Assembly: GCA_003343905.1 (NCBI GenBank)
Contig: QAKI01000016.1
Span: forward strand, 48,144-112,143
Source of the DNA: Subdoligranulum variabile
GTDB lineage: Bacteria; Bacillota; Clostridia; Oscillospirales; Ruminococcaceae
Length of the DNA stretch: 64,000 nt
Reading direction: 5' to 3'
Part shown: one piece after another, positions 1 to 9,567 of the stretch
Layout of the letters: every line of letters begins with the position of its first letter
How positions within the stretch are numbered: position 1 is the first letter of the stretch
The notes under the pieces: generated by a model
Database searches by the model: none
Seen by the model: the letters and a program-made list of their open reading frames with translations, nothing else
Told to the model about the DNA's origin: nothing
Position numbers and translations under genes: made by a program

Positions 1-1
1 C

Positions 2-901
2 GTTCTTTCGCTTTTTATCAGCCACGTTCTGCGCTGCACGCTGCCGCTGTGGTTCGCCCTGTGCGGCATGGCGCTGTTCTGCGTGCCGTTCCTCTCGCCG
101 GATGTGGTCCTGATCCCGCCGGAACCCCAGCACTGGCGGGGCGGTTTCCGCATCGCCTGCGCGGTCTGGCTGGGCGGGTGCGCCGTCCTTCTGGTCTGGC
201 ACGCGCTCCGCGCCTGGCTGGCCGGGCGCGGCCTGAAACGCTGCCGCCCCTGCCATGACGAACGGCTGGCCGCCCTCTGCCTGCGCTGCGCGGCGGCCGC
301 CGGCATAAAAAAGCCGCCCGCACTGTACTGGGGCGCTCCCGGCACCCCCATTTGCGTGACCGGCGCGCTGCGCCCCGCCGTCATCATGGACCGGGCGGTC
401 ATCGAAAAACTGACCGATGCGGAACTGTCCGCCGTATTTTTTCACGAGTTGACCCGCATCCGCCGCAGGCACATCCTGTGGGAGCGCCTGTATGACTGCG
501 TTTGCATCATGAACTGGCCCAACCCGTTCGTATGGATCGCGCGGGGGGATTTTTCCCTGCACTGCGAGACCGACTGCGACACCCATGCGCTGCGGTCCGC
601 GCGCGGGCAGATCACGCAGGCGCAGTATGCCGCGGCCATCCTTCGGCTGCTGGAACTGTCCGCCGCCGGGGCCGCCCGGCCCGGCCGCATGCCCGGTGCG
701 CTCACCTTCCTGCTGGCAAAGCGCCGGGTCCAGCACATCGTCGCAAGGCCGTCCCGCTTGCGGGACCGGGCGCTGGCCGCGGTGCTGGCGGTTTTTGTGG
801 CGCTCACGGTCGCCTTTTCGGCGCAATTCAGCCGGCAGCATTTCTACCCCTACCCGGCCTACCATGTCGGGACCGAATACCGCACGGGTCACGCCGCGTG
901 A
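2..901 (+). CDS. BlaR1/MecR1-like M56 family membrane peptidase (5' truncated by the window edge; zinc motif degenerate)
   Basis: Frame open from base 2. TM segments, 'PICVTGALRPAVI', 'VFFHELTRIRRRH', 'WPNPFVW' and 'CETDCD' follow the M56 layout, but HExxH reads HELTR. Confidence 0.8.
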   Translation, partial: VLSLFISHVLRCTLPLWFALCGMALFCVPFLSPDVVLIPPEPQHWRGGFRIACAVWLGGCAVLLVWHALRAWLAGRGLKRCRPCHDERLAALCLRCAAAAGIKKPPALYWGAPGTPICVTGALRPAVIMDRAVIEKLTDAELSAVFFHELTRIRRRHILWERLYDCVCIMNWPNPFVWIARGDFSLHCETDCDTHALRSARGQITQAQYAAAILRLLELSAAGAARPGRMPGALTFLLAKRRVQHIVARPSRLRDRALAAVLAVFVALTVAFSAQFSRQHFYPYPAYHVGTEYRTGHAA

Positions 902-955
902 CCCGTATTCTTATACGTTATAAATCTACATTTGTAGTTTCCAAGGAGGTCGCAT

Positions 956-1834
956 ATGACGGCAAATATTGAAGTATGCCACGTCACCAAACGGTACAAA
1001 AACGGCGTCACCGCCCTGGATGATGTCAGTTTCCGCGCCGGGGGCGGCGTTTTCGGGCTGCTGGGGCACAACGGCGCAGGGAAAACCACGCTGATGAAGG
1101 CGCTGGTCACAGTGTCGCCCCCGTCGGCCGGTACGGTCCGTATCTGCGGGTTCGACACCATCCGCCAGGGCGAGGAAGTCCGGGCGCGGGTCGGGTATCT
1201 GCCCCAGGAACTTGCGATGTACCCCGCGCTCACGGTGTTTGATTTTGTGCGCTACATAGCCGAACTCAAAGGCGTCCACGACAAGGCAGCCGTCAGCGAC
1301 GTGCTGGAACAGGTCGAAATGCGGGAATTTTCCCACCGGCGGATCGGGCAGCTTTCCGGCGGCATGAAGCGCCGGGTGGGCATCGCGCAGGCGCTCATCG
1401 GCGATCCGCAGGTGCTTGTGGTCGATGAACCGACCGCCGGGCTGGACCCGGAGGAACGGGTGCGGTTCCGCGGGCTGCTTTCGCGTTATGCACGGGACGG
1501 CCGGACCGTCCTGCTCTCCACCCACATCGTCGAGGACGTACACCAGCTTTGCAGCGAACTGGCCGTGCTGCGCAGGGGGCGCTTGTTTTACGCGGGGCCT
1601 TCCGCCGCGCTGCTGGAACGGGTCCGGGGCAAAGTAAAACTTCTGCGGTTAGAAAACGAAGCGCAGCTCATCGAACTTCAAACGCGGTGCGTCGTACTGT
1701 CCACCACCTACGAAAGCCGCGGCCTGACGGCGCGGATCATGGACGAAGCCGGGCTTTGCCCCCATGGCGAACCCGTCGAAGCAACGCTGGAGGATGCGTA
1801 TGTATATTGCATGGGAGGGAAAAGCCATGGGTAA
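956..1834 (+). CDS. ABC transporter ATP-binding protein (ABC-2/exporter type)
   Basis: Walker A GHNGAGKTT, signature LSGGMKRR, Walker B VLVVDEPT, H-loop STH; RBS AAGGAGG. Confidence 0.95.
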   Translation: MTANIEVCHVTKRYKNGVTALDDVSFRAGGGVFGLLGHNGAGKTTLMKALVTVSPPSAGTVRICGFDTIRQGEEVRARVGYLPQELAMYPALTVFDFVRYIAELKGVHDKAAVSDVLEQVEMREFSHRRIGQLSGGMKRRVGIAQALIGDPQVLVVDEPTAGLDPEERVRFRGLLSRYARDGRTVLLSTHIVEDVHQLCSELAVLRRGRLFYAGPSAALLERVRGKVKLLRLENEAQLIELQTRCVVLSTTYESRGLTARIMDEAGLCPHGEPVEATLEDAYVYCMGGKSHG

Positions 1835-2588
1835 GACCGCCGCCGTCCTGCGGTACGAATACAAAATGCTGTTCCTGCATCCGGCAGGGTGGGGCGTGCT
1901 GGCCGCCGCCACGGCGCTCACGCTGCTGGATAATTTTCCTTCCGCCGGGAATCTGGCCCGGCTGGAATTTCTGGACGAACCGGCCTATTTCGTCTATCGG
2001 ATCATGAACTTTGACAGCCTGATCCTGCTGTTCGGGCTGACGTTTCTGCTGGCGGGTCGCATCCCGCTCGACGCCCGGACCGGGATGCGGCCGCTGTTTA
2101 TGGCGTCGCCGCTGCACAAGCGGGAATATGCGGCAGGCAAGCTGCTGGGCGGGGTTTTCTATGTTTTCACCATGCAGTGCCTTTTTCTGTTTCTGAACAC
2201 GGCGGTCTACTGCGTGGCGGCGCCGTCCGCCGGTGCCCCCGCCGCCTGTATGATCCCGCTGGCAAAGGCGGTGTTTGCCTGCGCCGCGCCCGTCAGCCTG
2301 TTCGTGGGCGTCTGCGCGGTGGCCCTGCCGGGACTAATCGACCTGCGCCTGTTCTATATCCTGGCGGCGGCCCTGTTCGGCTTCAACGCCGCCTATACCG
2401 GCTCGGCCAAAGCCATGCCCTTTTATCTCATCACGTCCGGCGATCTGGTCCGCCTGATCTGGACGCATCCCCAGTGGCCGTCCGTCCCGGCGGCAAGCGT
2501 CCTGGCAAACGCCCTTTTCCTTGTGGGAAGCGCCGCCGCGGCGGCCTACCTGCTGCTGGCGGCGCGCAAATATTGGAGGCCGGAATGA
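1827..2588 (+). CDS. ABC-2 type permease
   Basis: About 6 hydrophobic helices; overlaps the ATPase stop; GGGAGG RBS before the ATG at 1827. Confidence 0.75.
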   Translation: MGKTAAVLRYEYKMLFLHPAGWGVLAAATALTLLDNFPSAGNLARLEFLDEPAYFVYRIMNFDSLILLFGLTFLLAGRIPLDARTGMRPLFMASPLHKREYAAGKLLGGVFYVFTMQCLFLFLNTAVYCVAAPSAGAPAACMIPLAKAVFACAAPVSLFVGVCAVALPGLIDLRLFYILAAALFGFNAAYTGSAKAMPFYLITSGDLVRLIWTHPQWPSVPAASVLANALFLVGSAAAAAYLLLAARKYWRPE

Positions 2589-3271
2589 AAAACCGCATCG
2601 TAAGCGAGGCAAAAATTTTCGGGGTCAATTTCTTTCTTGTGTCGGCGTTCCTCACGCTCGCGGTCCTCGCGCTTTCCGTGCTGGGCGGGGACCTGCTGGA
2701 CTTTTATCCCACAGCCTTTGAAGTGGTCTTTCCCCTTTTCGCCGCCATCGCTGCCGGGGAGTGGGGAAAGACGCGGGCCGACGGCAACTTTGACTGCATC
2801 GCCGCGCAGAGCCGTTCCCTGTTCAGGTGGGTGTTCCTGCGCTATGCGGCCGCCTTTGGGTTCGTCAGCCTGTTTGCGCTTGTGGCTATGGCGGGCGCGT
2901 CGTTCACACGGTACGAAATGCCCCTGTGGGAAGCGTTCGCGCTCTATCTCCCGCCCGCGTTCTTTTTATCGTCCCTGTGCGCCCTGCTGGGGCTTTTGTG
3001 CCGCCAGGAACATATCGCGGCGCTCGTCTGTGGGGTCCTGTGGCTGATCCTGCTCTCCACACGCAGCCTGCTGCGCCTGCCAGGTGTGGAATACGGCTAC
3101 CTGTTCATTCGTTTTGCCGGGGACCCGCACCACATCTGGCTCTGGAACAAGGCGCTCGTCACCCTGGCGGGCCTGCTTTTGTGGGGCGTTATTTATAGGA
3201 AGTGCAGACGGAGGGGGGTGAAGTTCGGGAATCACGACAAACCAAAACCAACCATTGAACATGCCCTATAA
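2585..3271 (+). CDS. Membrane protein, probable second ABC permease
   Basis: ATGA overlap with the previous gene; multi-TM protein starting MKNRIVSEAKIFG. Confidence 0.7.
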   Translation: MKNRIVSEAKIFGVNFFLVSAFLTLAVLALSVLGGDLLDFYPTAFEVVFPLFAAIAAGEWGKTRADGNFDCIAAQSRSLFRWVFLRYAAAFGFVSLFALVAMAGASFTRYEMPLWEAFALYLPPAFFLSSLCALLGLLCRQEHIAALVCGVLWLILLSTRSLLRLPGVEYGYLFIRFAGDPHHIWLWNKALVTLAGLLLWGVIYRKCRRRGVKFGNHDKPKPTIEHAL

Positions 3272-3497
3272 GTGTCTATCTCCTGTGACAGCCCGCTAAA
3301 TAGGGCGTCGAACTATTTTTCAATCACACCTTTTCACTGCAAGTCCCTTATGCAGGGCTATATTAAACGATCTGTACACTATTCAAAAACTATATTCCTT
3401 TACTTTAGGTTCCGGCTAACACCGGAACCTATTACATTTACCAAAGTGATTTTATTGGCCCCCGGTCAACCTGCTTTTATCATGTCTATTCGGCAGC

Positions 3498-3541
3498 AAA
3501 AAGCGCCGGGCGCTTCCCCGAAATGGGGAAACGCCCGGCGC
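3498..3541 (-). terminator. Intrinsic terminator of the DegV gene
   Basis: GC stem gcgccgggcg...cgcccggcgc followed by a T-run on the minus strand. Confidence 0.65.
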
Positions 3542-3567
3542 AGAAAGCCGGTAATAAGCAGGAAAAA

Positions 3568-4440
3568 TCAGCGCGGGCCGCCCAGGAAGAACAGCGCCAC
3601 GGTGCCGGGGCCGCTGTGGGCGCCGATCACGGGGCCGATGTCGCCCAGGCATACGCGCTTGACGCCGCAGGCCTTGATCTTATCGGCCACATACTGGGCG
3701 TCCTCCAGGCAGTCGCCGTGGCTGATGAACACCGTCATGTCGGCGTAGTTCTTGTCGGCGCTGGCGGTAAAGTGCTTGACCAGACCGTCCAGGCTGGCCC
3801 GGCGGCCGCGAACCTTTTCCATCGCCACCAGGTGGCCTTCACTGTCCACGTGCAGCACGGGCTTGATGCCCAGCAGGGTGCCCGCCACGGCGGCAGCGCC
3901 GCTCAAACGGCCGCCGCGCTTGAGGAACATCAGGTCGTTGACGGTGAACCACGCGCAGAACCGCTGCACGTTCGCCCTGGCAAAGTCGGCTACTTCGTCC
4001 AGGGACGCGCCACCCTTGCGCATCATGGCCAGCGTGTAGGCGAACAGACCCTCGCCCATGCTGGCCTGCAGGCTGTCGATGCTGACGATACGCCGCCCGG
4101 GGTAACGCTCCTGCAGTTCTTCGATCGCCACCAGGCTGGCCTGGTAGGTACCCGAAAGCCCGCTGGAAAACGCCAGGTACAGGATATCCTGCCCTTTTTC
4201 CAAAAACGGGGTGAAGGCTTCCTCATAATCCGCGATGGTGACCTGGCTGGTGGTGGACATGCTGCCCGCACGCAGCTTGTCGTAGAAAGTCTTGGGGGAC
4301 ATCTCGCGGTTATCGGAATAGTTGCGGTAACTGCGGTCGTCCAGGGTGAAGGTCATCGGCAGCACCTGTATATCCATTTCCTGCACAAGATCCGGGGTCA
4401 GATCGCAGGTGGAATCGGTGAACAGAATATAGTTTTCCAT
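3568..4440 (-). CDS. DegV family fatty-acid-binding protein (FakB-like)
   Basis: ILFTDSTCDL start, 'STTSQ', 'FSSGLSGT', 'L.RGGR', 'IGAHSGPG'. Confidence 0.95.
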   Translation of the reverse strand: MENYILFTDSTCDLTPDLVQEMDIQVLPMTFTLDDRSYRNYSDNREMSPKTFYDKLRAGSMSTTSQVTIADYEEAFTPFLEKGQDILYLAFSSGLSGTYQASLVAIEELQERYPGRRIVSIDSLQASMGEGLFAYTLAMMRKGGASLDEVADFARANVQRFCAWFTVNDLMFLKRGGRLSGAAAVAGTLLGIKPVLHVDSEGHLVAMEKVRGRRASLDGLVKHFTASADKNYADMTVFISHGDCLEDAQYVADKIKACGVKRVCLGDIGPVIGAHSGPGTVALFFLGGPR

Positions 4441-4589
4441 AGCAGAACTCCCTTTCCTGATATGCGGCGCGGCAAAGCTGCACACATGTACATCATACTG
4501 TGTTTTGGCCGCAAAATCAAGCCCGCAGCCAAGAAAACGCACCACCCCCGCCGACTTGAAAATGAAAAATATTTTTTTGCAAAATCCCC

Positions 4590-4618
4590 TTGACAGGTCC
4601 GGAACCACATGCTATAAT
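4590..4618 (+). promoter_or_regulatory. Consensus sigma-A promoter for the tRNA gene
   Basis: TTGACA-N17-TATAAT with extended -10 TG, and an AT-rich UP-like tract upstream. Confidence 0.9.
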
Positions 4619-4678
4619 AAAGCCCGTTCGAGTGAGGCGGCTGATGCAAAGCCGCTTCGGGAACAAAATAGAATATGA

Positions 4679-4755
4679 TGCCCCGTAGCTCAGTTGGTTA
4701 GAGCACCTGACTGTTAATCAGGGTGTCCTCGGTTCAAGTCCGAGCGGGGCAGCCA
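4679..4755 (+). tRNA. tRNA-Asn(GTT)
   Basis: Acceptor TGCCCCG/CGGGGCA with U1-A72, D-arm AGCTCAGTTGGTTAGAGC, anticodon arm CCTGA-CTGTTAA-TCAGG, T-loop GGTTCAAGTCC, encoded CCA. Confidence 0.97.
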
Positions 4756-4757
4756 TC

Positions 4758-4788
4758 AAGCGATAGAATGTAAATTCTATCGCTTTTT
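4758..4788 (+). terminator. tRNA terminator
   Basis: 12-bp stem aagcgatagaat/attctatcgctt followed by Ts. Confidence 0.8.
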
Positions 4789-4843
4789 GTTATGCAAACA
4801 GGGCGGCCCGCACGGGCCGCCCTGTTGGGCTATGTTAGATTTT

Positions 4844-5566
4844 TCATCCCAGCAAAAAGTTTGCAAGGTATTCTGTCGGATGGGCCTGGAAATACCCGCA
4901 GTGGCCGTACCCCCGCAGGCGCACGATGCGGCTGCCCCGGTAGCGCCTGACCCGCGGCAGGCACAGCGCCGCCGGGTCGCGGCCGCCGTACACGAAGGTC
5001 AGCTTTTTTTGGCTGGCGGCGTCCAGCGGCGGCAGGTCCGCGCTGTAGCAGCTTTCCACAAGGTTTTGCAGGCTGGCTGCCGTGACCAGCGGCGCGACGC
5101 TCTGCTGGGCGGCGCCCATGCCGTGGAATTGCTTATCCAGCGTTTGGGCCGCGCGGGCGGGGTCCCGCCGGACTTCCTCCAGGCAGCGCCGGTACTTCCC
5201 AAAAAACAGCCGTTTGACCGGCCGGGGAAAGCGGAACAGCGGCGCACTGTCCAGCACCACCCGGTCGATCAACCCCCGGCGGCGGCAGAAATAATGGAAC
5301 AGGATATTGCCCCCCAGCGAAAACCCGGCCGCCGCTTTCAGCCGCGTGATGCCGTTCGCCTGCAAAAAGGCGTCCAGCGCCGCTTCCTCCTGTTCCATCG
5401 AGCGGTAAACGGAACCGGGTTCGTGCCCGCTGAGCGTCGGGACGATCAGGCAGTGGTCCCGTTCCAGCAGCGGCACCGCCCACGCAAAGAAACCGCCGTC
5501 CGTGAACATGGGGTGCAGCAGCAGGATCTTCTCCTTTTCCGGCGGGCCGAACATCTCGATCTTCAT
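4844..5566 (-). CDS. Alpha/beta-fold hydrolase
   Basis: 'LLLHPM', nucleophile elbow GFSLGG, C-terminal GYGH; GGGAGG RBS before the ATG at 5566. Confidence 0.85.
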   Translation of the reverse strand: MKIEMFGPPEKEKILLLHPMFTDGGFFAWAVPLLERDHCLIVPTLSGHEPGSVYRSMEQEEAALDAFLQANGITRLKAAAGFSLGGNILFHYFCRRRGLIDRVVLDSAPLFRFPRPVKRLFFGKYRRCLEEVRRDPARAAQTLDKQFHGMGAAQQSVAPLVTAASLQNLVESCYSADLPPLDAASQKKLTFVYGGRDPAALCLPRVRRYRGSRIVRLRGYGHCGYFQAHPTEYLANFLLG

Positions 5567-5600
5567 GGCTTCCCTCCCCTGTTTTGCCGCCCGGCGGCGT

Positions 5601-6251
5601 TCAGTCGTATTTTTCGATTTGGACCGTGGCGATGGCGGACTGGTTCGGCTGCCCTGTGACCAGATCCTGCGGCGCGGGGACCAGCAGCATGAAGCCGTCC
5701 GGCCCATAGCGCAGCCGGCAGCCCTTCTGCGCATAGTCACGCTCCACCGACATATGCTGCACCTGCCCCACCACCATGGCCGTGATGCCCGCGCCGCTCA
5801 GGTCCTGCACATCTTTCAGGGTACATTCCATCGTGAGGAAAGCCTCCCCGATGGCGGGCGCGTGGACCGTTTTGCCTTCCACCAGCGTGAAGCCGCCCAC
5901 TGCGAATTCGTCGGTGTCCGGCTTGTTGCAGTGGATGGTCTGCACCAGCCGGTCATAGAAGGACAGCGGCAAAAAGTTGATGCAGAAGCACCGTTCCCGC
6001 CGGATATTGGCGTAGGTATGCGTATGCTGGTAAAGGTTGCCCATGACCGCGAAAAAGGCGGTCTTGTCCCCGTGGAAGCAGCTCCACGCATGGAAGCAGA
6101 CGTTGGGCTTGCCGTTTTCTTTCCAGGTAGTAACGGCAAACAGCACCGTGGGGATGCCCGCCGTCACCTCAAAATGGGAAAAGAGGTCGAATTCTTCCGG
6201 GTAAGACGGTTGGAAATACTGCGGGGAATCCTTGCCGATCTCGATTTTCAT
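5601..6251 (-). CDS. Flavin reductase family protein (DIM6/NTAB-like)
   Basis: 'TTWKENGKPN', 'HTYANI..ERCFCINF', 'APAIGEA...MEC'. Confidence 0.85.
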   Translation of the reverse strand: MKIEIGKDSPQYFQPSYPEEFDLFSHFEVTAGIPTVLFAVTTWKENGKPNVCFHAWSCFHGDKTAFFAVMGNLYQHTHTYANIRRERCFCINFLPLSFYDRLVQTIHCNKPDTDEFAVGGFTLVEGKTVHAPAIGEAFLTMECTLKDVQDLSGAGITAMVVGQVQHMSVERDYAQKGCRLRYGPDGFMLLVPAPQDLVTGQPNQSAIATVQIEKYD

Positions 6252-6441
6252 GGCGGGTCCTCCTTATCCTCTGCCGCGCGGGCCGTGTTTTCTTCATCAT
6301 ACCACATCCCCGGCGCGCCGTCCACGATACCGCGCGATTTTTTTCGCCCGGCGCATGGCCGCAGGGGCGGCCGCATACCCATGGAAAAAAGCGGCGCTTT
6401 GCCGCGGCCGCCGGGAAGGACCGGGAGAGGAGGACGCCGCC

Positions 6442-7824
6442 ATGCCGGATGCCATCGTACAGTTTTTCACCACGGTCAACCGCTGGGCGTGGTCCTGGCC
6501 CACCATCGCCCTGCTGCTGGGCACCCACCTGTTCCTGACCGTGCGCACCAAAGGCATCCAGCGCAAACTGCCCATGATGATCCGCCTTTCGGTGACGCGG
6601 GAACCGGGCGCAGAGGGGGATGTTTCCCCGTTCGGCGCCCTGACCACGGCGCTGGCTTCGACCATCGGCACCGGCAACATCATCGGCGTGGGCACCGCCA
6701 TCGCCCTGGGCGGCCCCGGCGCGGTGCTGTGGTGCTGGCTGGCCGGGGTGCTGGGCATCGCCACCAAATACGCCGAGGCCCTGATCGCCGTCAAATACCG
6801 CGTGCGGACGCGCGACGGCCGCATGCAGGGCGGCGCGATGTACGCGCTGGAACGGGGCCTGCACATGAAATGGCTGGGCATGGCCTTCGCCCTGTTCGCC
6901 ACGCTGGCGTCCTTCGGCATCGGCTGCGCGGCGCAGGTGAACGCCATCGCCACCGTGTGCAGCGCCAACCTCGGCGTTCCCGAATGGCTGGTGGGCGTCG
7001 TGGTGGCCGTGCTGACGGCGCTGGTGATTTTCGGCGGCATCCGCAGCATCTCCCGCGTATGCGAACGGCTGGTGCCCTTTATGGCGGCCTTCTACCTGCT
7101 GGGGTGTCTGGCGCTTTTGATCTGCAACCGGGCGTATCTGGCACAGTCCGTAGCCGTCATCTGCCGTCTGGCCTTCACCCCCGGCGCGGCCGCGGGCGGG
7201 CTGACCGGCGGCGGGCTGCTGCTGGCCATGCGCTACGGGCTGGCGCGGGGGCTTTTTTCCAACGAAGCGGGCATGGGGTCGGCCCCCATCGTGGCGGCCG
7301 CCGCCCAGACCCGCAACCCGGTGCGGCAGGCGCTGGTATCGGCCAGCGGCGCGTTCTGGGACACCGTGGTGGTCTGCCTGATGACCGGGCTGGTGCTGGT
7401 GTCCAGCATCCTGAAAAATCCCGCCATCGACATGGGCGCCATCACCGACGGCGGGCTGCTGACCACGCTGGCCTTTGCGCAGATCCCTGTGCTGGGCCCG
7501 GCGATCCTGGTGGTGGGCATCCTTGCTTTCGCCTTTTCCACCGTGCTGGGCTGGTCCTACTACGGGGAACGCTGCCTGGAATACCTGGCCGGGCGGCGGG
7601 CGCTGCCGTTCTACCGCGCGGCCTATGTGGCGGTGGCCGCCCTGGCCCCGGTCGCGGCGCTGGACCTTGTGTGGACCGTGGCCGACACCCTCAACGCGCT
7701 GATGGCCGTTCCCAACCTGATCGCCGTGCTGCTTTTGTCCGGCGTGGTGGTGCGGGAGACCGAACGCTATCTGCCCGACCTGGACCGCCGGTGCGAGGAC
7801 CCCATCCCCACCGTGGACCGCTGA
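6442..7824 (+). CDS. Alanine/glycine:cation symporter (AGCS, AlsT-like)
   Basis: 'IGTGNIIGV..AI..GGPGA', 'RGLFSNEAGMGSAP', 'GWSYYGE', 'PNLIA'. Confidence 0.95.
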   Translation: MPDAIVQFFTTVNRWAWSWPTIALLLGTHLFLTVRTKGIQRKLPMMIRLSVTREPGAEGDVSPFGALTTALASTIGTGNIIGVGTAIALGGPGAVLWCWLAGVLGIATKYAEALIAVKYRVRTRDGRMQGGAMYALERGLHMKWLGMAFALFATLASFGIGCAAQVNAIATVCSANLGVPEWLVGVVVAVLTALVIFGGIRSISRVCERLVPFMAAFYLLGCLALLICNRAYLAQSVAVICRLAFTPGAAAGGLTGGGLLLAMRYGLARGLFSNEAGMGSAPIVAAAAQTRNPVRQALVSASGAFWDTVVVCLMTGLVLVSSILKNPAIDMGAITDGGLLTTLAFAQIPVLGPAILVVGILAFAFSTVLGWSYYGERCLEYLAGRRALPFYRAAYVAVAALAPVAALDLVWTVADTLNALMAVPNLIAVLLLSGVVVRETERYLPDLDRRCEDPIPTVDR

Positions 7825-8055
7825 ACGCCCCGCCCTTTTTCCGTCCGCTTCTGCCCGCGCGGCGGCCCCCGGCCGCCGCGCTTTTTCCCTGTGGCGCGCT
7901 TTGGCAAAACCCACAAAAGAAGCGCCGCGCCTTTGTGGCATCTGTAGATTTTTCGTGAAAGCCGCCGTGCATTTCTTGCAGTTTTGCCACCCCATGCTAC
8001 AATATTTTTATACATTTTGCGCGGCCAACGGCTGCCGGGAAAAAGGAGCATTGCT

Positions 8056-9567
8056 ATGGGAACCTATATCATGGCGCTGGACGCCGGAACGACCTCGAAC
8101 CGGTGCATCCTGTTCGATAAACAGGGCCGCATGTGCAGCGTGGCCCAGAAAGAATTCACGCAGTATTTCCCGAAGCCGGGCTGGGTGGAACACGACGCCA
8201 ACGAGATCTGGACCACGCAGCTGGGCGTGGCGCTGTCGGCCATGAACGCCATCGGGGCGTCGGCGTCGGACATCGCGGCCATCGGCATCACCAACCAGCG
8301 GGAGACCACCATCGTCTGGGACCGGGATACCGGCGAGCCGGTCTGCCGCGCCATCGTGTGGCAGTGCCGCCGCACCAGCGAATACTGCGACGAACTCAAG
8401 GCCCGCGGCCTGACCGAACTGTTCCGGCAAAAGACGGGGCTGGTCATCGACGCCTATTTTTCGGCCACCAAGCTGAAATGGATCCTGGATAACGTGGAGG
8501 GCGCGCGGGAAAAGGCCGAGGCCGGGCAGCTTTTGTTCGGCACGGTGGAGACCTGGCTGATCTGGAAGCTGACCTGCGGCAAGATCCACGTGACGGACTA
8601 CTCCAACGCCAGCCGGACGATGCTGTTCAACATCCACACGCTGGACTGGGACGACGAGATCCTGAAGATCCTGGACATTCCCCGCTGCATGCTGCCCCAG
8701 CCGGTGCCCAACAGCGAATTTTACGAATATGCCGACCCCATGCACTTTGGCGGCGAGATCAAGATCGCCGGGGCGGCGGGCGACCAGCAGGCGGCGCTGT
8801 TCGGGCAGGCCTGCTTTGCGCCGGGCGACGCCAAGAACACCTACGGCACCGGCGGCTTTTTGCTGATGAACACCGGCGCCAAGCCGGTGGAGAGCCGCAA
8901 CGGCCTGGTCACGACCATCGCCTGGGGGCTGAACGGCCAGGTGACCTACGCGCTGGAAGGCTCCATCTTCGTGGCAGGAGCCGCGGTGCAATGGCTGCGG
9001 GACGAGCTGAAAATTCTGGAGGAATCGCGGGATTCCGAATACATGGCCCTGAAAGTGCCCGACACCAACGGCTGCTATGTGGTGCCGGCTTTCACGGGGC
9101 TGGGCGCGCCCCACTGGGACCAGTACGCCCGCGGCGCCATCGTGGGGCTGACCCGCGGCTGCAACAAGAACCACATCATCCGCGCCACGCTGGACAGCCT
9201 GTGCTACCAGGTCAACGATGTGCTCAAGGCCATGGAGGCCGACGCCGGGGTGCACCTGACGATGCTCAAGGTGGACGGCGGGGCTTCGGCCAACAACTAT
9301 CTGCTGCAGGCCCAGGCGGACATCAGCGGCGCGCCGGTGGAACGCCCCTGCTGCGTGGAGACCACGGCCATGGGCGCGGCCTATCTGGCCGGGCTGGCGG
9401 TGGGCTACTGGGACAGCCCGGAGGAAGTGGCGCGCAACCGCGCGGTGGACCGTGTGTTCATGGCCCACATCAGCGACGAAGAGCGCGCGCGGCGCATCCG
9501 CGGGTGGAACAAGGCCGTGCGCTGCGCCTACGGCTGGGCGCGCGAGGACGAGGAGGAAACGGTATGA
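8056..9567 (+). CDS. glpK: Glycerol kinase
   Basis: [51 protein letters not shown]. Confidence 0.97.
   Translation: MGTYIMALDAGTTSNRCILFDKQGRMCSVAQKEFTQYFPKPGWVEHDANEIWTTQLGVALSAMNAIGASASDIAAIGITNQRETTIVWDRDTGEPVCRAIVWQCRRTSEYCDELKARGLTELFRQKTGLVIDAYFSATKLKWILDNVEGAREKAEAGQLLFGTVETWLIWKLTCGKIHVTDYSNASRTMLFNIHTLDWDDEILKILDIPRCMLPQPVPNSEFYEYADPMHFGGEIKIAGAAGDQQAALFGQACFAPGDAKNTYGTGGFLLMNTGAKPVESRNGLVTTIAWGLNGQVTYALEGSIFVAGAAVQWLRDELKILEESRDSEYMALKVPDTNGCYVVPAFTGLGAPHWDQYARGAIVGLTRGCNKNHIIRATLDSLCYQVNDVLKAMEADAGVHLTMLKVDGGASANNYLLQAQADISGAPVERPCCVETTAMGAAYLAGLAVGYWDSPEEVARNRAVDRVFMAHISDEERARRIRGWNKAVRCAYGWAREDEEETV

Noticed and set aside
4679..4830. tRNA-anchored integrative element
   Set aside because: No integrase nearby, no duplicate of the tRNA 3' end noticed in the window, and the terminator follows directly.
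6252..6441. Glycine riboswitch upstream of the AGCS symporter
   Set aside because: The spacer is short and shared with a divergent gene; I found no complete aptamer motif set (GGAGA...CCGAAG...CTCTCAGG).
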